Shown here: positions 1-9,400 of the stretch, piece by piece | Numbering within the stretch: position 1 is the stretch's first letter | Layout of the letters: each line of letters starts with the position of its first letter | Assembly (NCBI GenBank): GCA_002269645.1 | Contig: NIVC01000520.1 | Coordinates: forward strand, 1 to 37,795 | DNA from: Macrostomum lignano | Lineage: Eukaryota | Length of the DNA stretch: 37,795 nucleotides | Direction: 5' to 3' | The notes under the pieces: model-generated | Told to the model about the DNA's origin: nothing | Databases searched by the model: none | What the model saw: the letters and a program-made list of their open reading frames with translations, nothing else | Position numbers and translations under genes: made by a program

Positions 1-2765
1 GAGAGGAGAGAGAGGAGAGGAGAGGAGGGGGAGAAGAGGAGAGGAGAGGAGAGGAGAAGAGGAGAGGAGAGAGAGGAGAGAGAGGAGAGGAGAAAGGAGG
101 AGAGGAGAAGAGATGAGAGGAGAGAAGAGGAGAGGAGAGGAGAGGAGAAGAGGAGAGGAGAGGAGGGAGAAGAGGAGAGGAGAGGGAGAGGGAGAGGAGA
201 GGAATAGGGAGAGGAGAGGGAGAGGGAGAGGAGAGAAAGGAGAGAGGAGGGAGAGGAGAGGGAGGAGAGGAGAGGAAAGGAGGGGAGAATGAGGAGAGGA
301 GAGTGAGGGAGAAAAGGAGAGGAGAGGAGGAGAGAGGAGAGGAGAGGATAGGAGAGGAGAGGAGAAGAGGAGAGAGGAGGAGAGAGGAGAGGAGAGGAGA
401 GGAGGGAGAAGGGAGGAGAGGAGAAGAGAGGAGAGAGAAGAGGAGAGGAGAGGAGAGGAGAGGAGGGGAGAAGAGGAGAGGAGAGGAGAGGAGGGGAGAA
501 GAGGAGAGGAGAGGAGGAGAGAGGAGAGGAGAGGAGAGGAGAGGAGAAGGGAGGAGAGGAGAAGAGAGGAGAGGAGAGGAGAGGAGAGGATGAGGAGAGG
601 AGAGGAGAGGAGAGGAGAGGAAAGGAGGGAGAGAAGAGGAGAGGAGAGGAGGGGAGAGGAGAGAAGAGGAGAGGAGAGGAGAGGAAGGAAAGGGAGGAGA
701 GATGAGAGGAGAGGAGAGAGAGAGAGAGGAGGAGAGAGGAGAGGAGAGGAGAGGAGAGGAGAGGAGAAGGAGGAGAGGAGAAGAGAGAGAGGAGAGGGAG
801 GAGAGGAGAGGAGAGGAGAGGAGGGGAGAGAGGAGAGAGAGGAGAGGAGAAGAGGAGAGGAGGGAGAGGAGAGGAGAGGATGAGGAGAGAAGGGAGGAGA
901 GGAGAAGAGAGGAGAGGAGAGAAGAGGAGAGGAGAGTGAGAGAAGAGGATGAGGGAGAGGAGGGGAGAAGAGGAGAGGAGAGGAGGGAGAGGAGATGAGG
1001 ATGAGGATAGGAGAGGAGAGGAGAGGAGAGGAGAGGAGAGGAGAGGAGAAAAGAGGAGAGGAGAGGAGAGAGAGGAGAGGAGAGGAAGGAGGAGGGAGAA
1101 GAGGAGAGGAGAGGAGGGTGAGAAGAGGCAGGAGAAGGAGAGGAGAGGAGAAGGGAGGAGAGGAGGAAGAGAGGAAAGGAGAGAGGAGAGGAGAGGAGAG
1201 GGAGGAGAGGAGAGGAGGAGGAAAGAGGAGAGGAGAGGAGAGAGGGGGAGAAGAGGAGAGGAGAGGAGGAGAGAGGAGATAGGAGAGGAGAGGAGAGGAG
1301 AGGGAGGAGAGGAGAGAGAGGAGAGGAGAGGAGAATAGAGAAGGAGAGGAGAGGAGAGGAGAGAGAAGGAGAGGAGAGGAAGGAGGGGAGAAGAGGAGAG
1401 GAGAGGAGGGGAGAGGAGAGAAGAGGAGAGGAGAGGAGAGGAGGGGAGAAGAGGAGAGGAGAGGAGGGGAGAAGAGGAGAGGAGAGGAGAGAGGAGAGGA
1501 GAGAGTTTTGTGTCGAGAGTCTAGCACAGGGATGGGAAATTCAAATGCCAAATGCTAATCTAGCTCATGGCTGCGTGACAGTGGAGGAGGAGAGAGGAGA
1601 GAGGGAGGAGGAGGAGAGGAGAGAGGAGAGGAGAGGAGGAGGGACAGGAGAGGAGAGGAGAGGAGAGGAGGGGAGGAGAGGAGAGGAAGGAGAGAGGGGA
1701 GGAGAGAGAGGAGAGAGGAGGGAGAGGAGGAGGAGAGGAGAGGAGAGGAGAGGAGAGGAGAGGAGAGGAGAGCGGAAGGGAGGAGAGGAGTAGGAGAGGA
1801 GAAGAGAGGAGAGGAGGAGGAGAGGAGAAGAGGAGAGGAGAGGAGAGGAGAGGAGAGGGAGGAGAGGAGAAGAGAGGAGAGGAGAGGAGAGGAGAGGAGA
1901 GGAGAGGAGGGGAGAGGAGAGGAGGGAGAGGAGAAGAGGAGAGGAGAGGAGAGGAGAGGAGAGGGAGAGAGGAGAAGGGAGGAGAGGCGAGAAGAGAGGA
2001 GAGGAGAGAAGAGGAGAGGAGAGGAGAGGAGAGGAGAAGAGGAGAGGAGAGGAGGGGAGAAGAGGAGAGGAGAGGAGGAGAGAGGAGAGGAGAGGATAGG
2101 AGAGGAGAGGAGAGGAGAGAGAGGAGATGGAGAGGAGAGGAGAGGAGAGGAGAGGAGAGGAGAGGAGAGGAGAGGAACGGAGGGGAGAAGAGGAGAGGAG
2201 AGGAGGGGAGAAGAGGAGAGGAGAGGAGGAGAGAGGAGAGGAGAGGATAGGAGAGGAGAGGAGAAGAGAGGAGAGGAGGAGAGAGGAGAGGAGAGGAGAG
2301 GAGAGGAGAAGGGAGGAGAGGAGAAGAGAGGAGGAGAGAGGAGAGGAGAGGAGAGGAGAGGAGAGGAGGGGAGAAGAGGAGAGGAGAGGAGAGGAGGGGA
2401 GAAGAGGAGAGGAGAGGAGGAGAGAGGAGAGGAGAGGAGAGGAGAGGAGAAGGGAGGAGAGGAGAGGAGAGGAGAGGAGAGAAGAGGAGAGGAGAGGAGA
2501 GGAGGGGAGAAGAGGAGAGGAGAGGAGGGGAGAAGAGGAGAGGAGAGGAGAGGAGAGGAGAGGATAGGAGAAGGGAGGAGAGGAGAGGAGAGGAGGGGAG
2601 AAGAGGAGAGGAGAGGAGAGGAGAGGAGGGGAGAAGAGGAGAGGAGAGGAGGGAGAAGAGGAGAGGAGAGGAGGAGAGAGGAGAGGAGAGGAGAGGAGAG
2701 GAGAGGAGAGGAGAGGAGAGGAGAGGAGAGGAGAGGAGAGGAGAGGAGAGGAGAGGAGATAAGAG
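1..2765. repeat. (GGAGA)n polypurine satellite, with one ~75-bp unique island at ~1506-1580
   Basis: Near-pure A/G strand, pentamer period. Confidence 0.97.
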
Positions 2766-2824
2766 ATAAGAGAGCTGAGAAGAGACACAAACTTAGAAGG
2801 ATTGCTATTGTAAAATTTCAAAGG

Positions 2825-2880
2825 ACCCGAGGGCCGGATAGAGAGGCTCACAGGCTGCGGGCCGGAGTTTGCCGACCCCC
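2825..2880. mobile_element. Possible hAT/Charlie-type MITE terminal remnant
   Basis: gggccggata...gcgggccggagtttgccgacccc resembles the terminus I recall for Charlie-type hAT MITEs; no convincing partner end or TSD found. Confidence 0.3.
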
Positions 2881-3323
2881 ACCTCCTAGACTTAACAATG
2901 AGACCCAAGTGTACAGAAATTGTTTCAAACAAAACCAAAAGTTATAATAAATTCCATCTTTAGAATGATGAAGGTTCAGGAAGGGGTCGGTAATCCAGGT
3001 TCTGGTTCCCGGTCTCCATGACTCTGGAGAGAAGGAGAGGTGGTAGGCTTCGAAAAGACAGAGGAAGCCCCCCAGAAGCCACTTTTATCTGGGCCTCTTC
3101 ATCTCTCTGTTTCCCAGCTTCTCTCTGCCCCCCCCCCTGCAGACAATCTTCTTGCAGAGTCAGCTGCGCTCCGAGAATTTTTGGCAAACCCCAAATCTGA
3201 TTTCAAGTCGTGTCTTCGAAAGCATTATGAGAACTTTCTGACACTACTTAGAATCATCTACTAACAGTAGTGCATGATGAGTGTTAAAATACTGTTTTTG
3301 ACCCACCTCTGTCCATGCCGCAG

Positions 3324-3424
3324 CTTGTTCGAGATCACCCAGACTCTGTATTGGTCCACCTACGGCCTCATTGACTTATCCAACACGGATCTGGAGTATG
3401 AGCATTCCTTCACGGAGTTTGTCG
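3324..3424 (+). CDS. TRPC exon: pore helix/selectivity region
   Basis: ccgcag|C TTG TTC GAG ... TTT GTC G|gtgagt; translates [35 protein letters not shown]. Confidence 0.9.
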
Positions 3425-6400
3425 GTGAGTCCGTCTATCAGATTTCCTTTGTTTTTTGTACTCATGTACTGAGAAGTACAATTTTGAATCAGTCATGTAT
3501 AGCTGTCATAGTTTCAGGACATAATGGATTGCTAATCCATAGCCTACATGGATAAAGGAATAGAATGGATTGCTAATCTATAGCCTACATGGATGTAGGA
3601 ATAGAATGGATTGCTAATCTATAGCCTACACGGATAAAGGATTAGAATTGATTGCTAATCTATAGCCTACATGGATAAAGGATTAGAATGAATTGCTAAT
3701 CTATAGCCTACATGGATAAAGGAATAGAATGGATTGCTAATCTATAGTCTACATGAATAAAGGATTAGAATGGATTGCTAATCTATAGCCTACATGGATG
3801 TAGGATTAGAATGGATTGCTAATCTATAGCCTACATGGATAAAGGATTAGAATGGATTGCTAATCTATAGCCTACATGGATAAAGGAATAGAATGGATTG
3901 CTAATCTATAGCCTACACGGATAAAGGATTAGAATGGATTGCTAATCTATAGCCTACATGGATAAATGAATAGAATGGATTGCTAATCTATAGCCTACAT
4001 GGATAAAGGATTAGAATGGATTGCTAATCTATAGCCTACATGGATAAATGAATAGAATGGATTGCTAATCTATAGCCTACACGGATAAAGGATTAGAATG
4101 GATTGCTAATCTATAGCCTACATGGATAAAGGAATAGAATGGATTGCTAATCTATAGCCTACACGGATAAAGGATTAGAATGGATTGCTAATCTATAGCT
4201 TACGTGGATAAAGGATTAGAATGGATTGCTAATCTATAGCTTACGTGGATAAAGGATTAGAATGGATTGCTAATCTATAGCCTACATGGATAAATGAATA
4301 GAATGGATTGCTAATCTATAGCCTACATGGATAAAGGATTAGAATGGATTGCTAATCTTTAACTTGGGCAACACAAATGACAAAAAGTTTTTTACTTTTA
4401 ACAAAAAAAGTACAATCGATGGCATATGAGGTTGCATTAAACACTGCACGCATCTATAAACAAAATTTGCATTTAAAATATTGCAATATGCACATAGCAG
4501 ATTTATTGACAAAATTTTAAGAATAACAATAGATAAACACATTTCCTGCATTGATAAACAGATTTAATTTTTTATTATTTTTATGGATTCAGTTATCGAA
4601 AGGAGTTCTCACAGCTGCAACCAAGCTTTACTTACTCAACAGAATACAGCTTATTGATATCAAACTCGTTTAAGTTTGTGAGAATCTGAAAAAGGTGTTA
4701 AAAATCTGTAAATTTAAATCATTATCGAATATGTACATAGGTTTGTTAACAATAAAATTCCTTTTTTTAATATTTCAACGTCCATATACCATCCCGACTA
4801 ACTACTGGGGCGAATGCTGACATGAAAGAATGGAATGAAATAAACAGACTACTCAGAGTACAATCGAGACAAAGTAGTCAACTTTGACAAAAAATGGCCA
4901 ACTAATTTTTATTGACTAAGGTCAATGATCAATATGAGCAATTTGTCAGCAAATAGAATTTGAAGGCCGAAATTTAAAGTGAACTTTGAAAAGCGCATTG
5001 CGATCTTTGAATAAAGCGCTAATATTCATCCCATGCAATGCCAGAATAAAAGTACATCGTGATCTTTGAATGAAGCGCTAATATTCATCCAATGCAATGC
5101 CAGAATAAAAGTACATCGTGATCTTTGAATGAAGCGCTAATATTAATCCAACGCAATGCCAGAATAAAAGTACATCGTGATCTTTGAATGAAGCGCTAAT
5201 ATTCATCCAATGCAATGCCAGAATAAAAGTACATCGTGATCTTTGAATTAAGAGCTAATATTCAATGCAATGTGAGCATAAAAGTACATCGCGATCTTCG
5301 AATGAAGCGCTAATATGATGCAATGCGAGCGAGCCGATTCAGCGGCCGGTCTGCCAGATCTCCATCAATCACTTATTCGGCTTGCTGAAGCTTCTTGATA
5401 GCGGAGTTCGCTGGAACTGCCCAGATAGGTTGTCCCTGGCCGGCAGCGGCGGCGGGACGGCCATGCCGGGCGGCAGCGCCGGCTCCTCCGGGGTTTCGTA
5501 CACGTCCGATTCTGGCCGGTGTGCCTCCCTGGCGACGGCAGTGGCAGTGACAACGCCACCGGGAGCCGGCAGCGGCCTCGTCTGGACGGTGTAGCAGCCG
5601 TTGACAAAGTCCTGCTGCAGCGGAGAGGCCGGGTCGGAGCCCGCCTCGGCGTCTCGCAGGCCGACAGCCATCGAGTGCGTGGGCGGGATCAGGGCCCGGT
5701 TATGACAGCGCGGTCGCCTTATGGGAGAGAGGTACAGAGTGTACTGGGTCTTCGATCAGCTCAGGGCCTGACTGAGCAAAACTTACAACCGCCTCCTGCA
5801 CCCACCTCACTACCTGTTCCCTGGGACCCCCTCCTGTACCCACCTCACTACCTGTTCCCTCGGACCCCCTCCTGTACCCACCTCACTACCTGTTCCCTCG
5901 GACCCCCTCCTGCACCCACCCTCACTCCCTGTTACTCCCACCCCTTTCATGCACCCACCTCACTCCCTGTTCCCCCAACCCCTTCATGCACCCACCTCAC
6001 TCCCTGTACCCCAAACCCCTCCTGCACCCACCTCACTCCCTGTACCCCAAACCCCTCCTGCACCCACCTCACTCCCTGTTCCCCCAACCCCTTCATGCAC
6101 CCACCTCACTCCCTGTACCCCAACCCCCTCCTGCACCCACCTCACTCCCTGCACCCCAACCCCCTCCTGCACCCACCTCACTCCCTGCACCCCAACCCCC
6201 TCCTGCACCCACCTCACTCCCTGCACCCCAACTCCCTCCTGTAGCCACCTCACTCCCTGTTCCCCCAACCCCTTCATGCACCCACCTCACTCCCTGTACC
6301 CCAAACCCCTCGTGCACCCACCTCACTCCCTGTACCCCAAACCCCTCCTGCACCCACCTCACTCCCTTTGCTAACAACCGGAACCCCTTAGCAACCGAAA

Positions 6401-9400
6401 GCAAACTGTATGAGGCAACTCACTTTTTCGGCATTACACACCGGCGCACGATGACTAGAATGGAGGCAGCGGCGACTGTTGTCAGGGCCAGCAAGCATGA
6501 CAGCGTGACTATCAGGGTCAGATTGGCCTGCTGCGCCTGCGGATTTCAATAAAGTTCTTCAATACCTTCTTCACCGCATTCGGCACTCGAGAGCTTCTTT
6601 TTAGTCTGCCATGCTAGCTAGCTGTCACTCTAGCTGTCACTCTATCTGTCTCTCTAGCTGTCACTCTAGCTGTTACTCTATCTGTCACTCTAAGTGTTGT
6701 GGAAGAGGGAGAGAAGGAGAGGTGAGAGGTTGAAGCAGATACAGTGGAAGAGGGAGAGCAGAGCTGAGAGGTCACTCTAGCTGTCACTCTATCTGTCACT
6801 CTAGCTGTCACTCTAGCTGTTACTCTATCTGTCACTCTATCTGTCACTCTAGCTGTTACTCTATCTGTCACTCTATCTGTCACTCTATCTGTCACTCTAG
6901 CTGTCACTCTAGCTGTCACTCTATCTGTCCCTCTATCTGTCTCTCTAGCTGTTACTCTATCTGTCACTCTATCTGTCACTCTAAATGTCACACTAGCTGT
7001 CAGTCTAAATGTCACTCTAGCTGTCACTCTGTCTGCCACTCTATCTGCCAATCTAGATTCACTCTATTGGTCATTCTAGATTCACTCTATTGGTCATTCT
7101 AGATTCACTGTATTGGTTATTCTAGATTCACTCTAACCATCAACTAAGTTTCACTCAAACTGTCACTCTAGCTGTCACTCTATCCGTCACTCCCAATCCA
7201 TAAAAAATGAAACGGTATGAAGCAGCACCTTCTGCTTTTTAACGTTGGACTGCACAGCGACACCCACTGGTTCAGCAGTTTGCTGAGCTGCAGCGGGCCC
7301 GGAAGTGGTGGGCGCTGCCATCCCGGTGTTGCACACGGATCCCCTGCAGTTCAGCATCTCCCCAGTCTCCGGGTGGCAGCTCAGGCCCGGCAGGGGTCGG
7401 CAGAATTTTGAGCAATCCTGGCCGTAATAAAACTGCTCACATTGGCGCCATACTGTGACTCGCAGCCTGAGGGGGTGAAGCAGTCGGTTTATCAAGTCGA
7501 TAAGCTGATAAGCTGATAAGCTGATAAGCTGATAAACTGATAAGCTGATAAGCTGATAAGCTGATAAGCTGATAAGCTGATAAGCTGATAAGCTGATAAA
7601 CTGATAAACTGATAAGCTGATAAACTGATAAGCTGATAAGCTGATAAGCTGATAAACTGATAAACTGATAAGCTGATAAACTGATAAGCTGATAAACTGA
7701 TAAGCTGATAAGCTGATAAACTGATAAACTGATAACCTGATAAACTGATAACCTGATAAACTGATAAGCTGATAAACTGATAAGCTGATAAGCTGATAAA
7801 CTGATAAGCTGATAACCTGATAAACTGATAAACTGATAAACTGATAAACTGAAAAAGTGATAAGCTGATAAACTGATAAACTGATAAGCTGATAACCTGA
7901 TAAACTGATAAACTGATAACCTGATAAAGTGATAACCTGATAAGCTGATAAGCTGATAAGCTGATAAACTGATAACCTGATAAACTGATAAACTGATAAG
8001 CTGATAACCTGATAAACTGATAAGCTGATAAACTGATAAACTGATAACCTGATAAACTGATAAACTGATAAGCTGATAACCTGATAAACTGATAAACTGA
8101 TAAGCTGATAACCTGATAAACTGATAACCTGATAAGCTGATAAGCTGATAACCTGATAAACTGATAAACTGATAAGCTGATAACCTGATAAACTGATAAG
8201 CTGATAAGCTGATAAGCTGATAAACTGATAAACTGATAACCTGATAAACTGATAAACTGATAAGCTGATAAGCTGATAAACTGATAAACTGATAAGCTGA
8301 TAAGCTGATAAGCTGATAAACTGATAAGCTGATAAGCTGATAAGCTGATAAGCTGATAAGCTGATAAACTGATAAGCTGATAAACTGATAAGCTGATAAA
8401 CTGATAAACTGATAAACTGATAAACTGATGAACCGATAAACTAATAATCTAATGAACTAATAAACTGATAAACTGATAAACGGACAAACTGATAAGCTGA
8501 TAGAATGATAAACTTATCAAATTATCAACTGATAAATTAATAAACTGATACTTTGATAAACCAATAAACCGACTCGAACACAGATAAGTAGCACCAGCTC
8601 AAGGCTCACTTGGTCGATAGCGGGGTGTTTAACGATGGCGTCAATTCGATCGATTTCGTTCGCTCCGAGTCGCTAAAGTCGACCCGATCCGTGAATAAAA
8701 ATGGTCTGGGAAGCTGCGCTATTTGCGCGTGAAACTCGCCAATGTCGTCCATGGCTCTGTCCATGTAGCAGTCCTTGATCCAGACATGAATTAACACTGG
8801 ATGCTGAAACAATTAGGAAAATATCAAAAGTCATATTGTACTGTGTTTTTATCGAGATGAATTATGAATTGATTTATTACCAGAGATGGTTGCTCAACGA
8901 AATGCAGCGGGTTGGTCAGATTTGTACCAATTTTATCACCGAATGTGATCTGCATTTTGTTGGAGATGCAGTCCGATGCCGCGTCGCTCTGGCCCCTTGA
9001 GGATCAAGTTTAGGGTGAGATTCTTATAGGGGCGATTCTCTTGGGTGAGATTCTTATAGGGGCGATTCTCTTGGGTGAGATTCTTATAGGGGCGATTCTC
9101 TTGGGTGAGATTCTCATAGGGGCGATTCTCTTGGGTGAGATTCTTATAGGGGCGATTCTCTTGGGTGAGATTCTCATAGGGGCGATTCTCTTGAGTGAGA
9201 TTCTTATAGGGGCGATTCTTTTGGGTGAGATTCCTATAGAAGCGATTCTCTTGGGTGAGATTCTTATAGGGGCGATTCTCTTGGGTGAGATTTCTATAGA
9301 AGCGATTCTCTTGGGTGAGATTCTTATAGGGGCGATTCTCTTGGGTGAGATTCCTATAGAAGCGATTCTCTTTTTCTGTATAAAAGATTATTGTAATATG

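Noticed and set aside
1520-2880. CAGGGATGGGAAATT at ~1525 as the left TIR pairing with the hAT-like end at ~2880
   Set aside because: Only about 10 of 16 bases match and there is no target-site duplication.
303-2938. Long E/R/G-rich and S/P/L-rich ORFs on both strands
   Set aside because: Translations of (GGAGA)n, which has no stop codons; no domain content.
2960-3264. Short ORFs upstream of the TRPC pore exon as S5-loop exons
   Set aside because: Translations show no TRPC-like sequence and no suitable phase-2 donor.
3523-5325. 41-bp and 59-bp arrays as CRISPR
   Set aside because: Units are head-to-tail with no unique spacers, there are no cas genes, and the context is eukaryotic introns.
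6731-6744. 14-bp match (CTGTATCTGCTTCA) with 36401-36414
   Set aside because: Several 14-mer matches are expected by chance in 38 kb on both strands.
5519-7051. Pro/His/Thr-rich and VTDR-repeat ORFs
   Set aside because: Translations of the 36-bp and 12-bp arrays, plus the antisense shadow of DSL-like exons.
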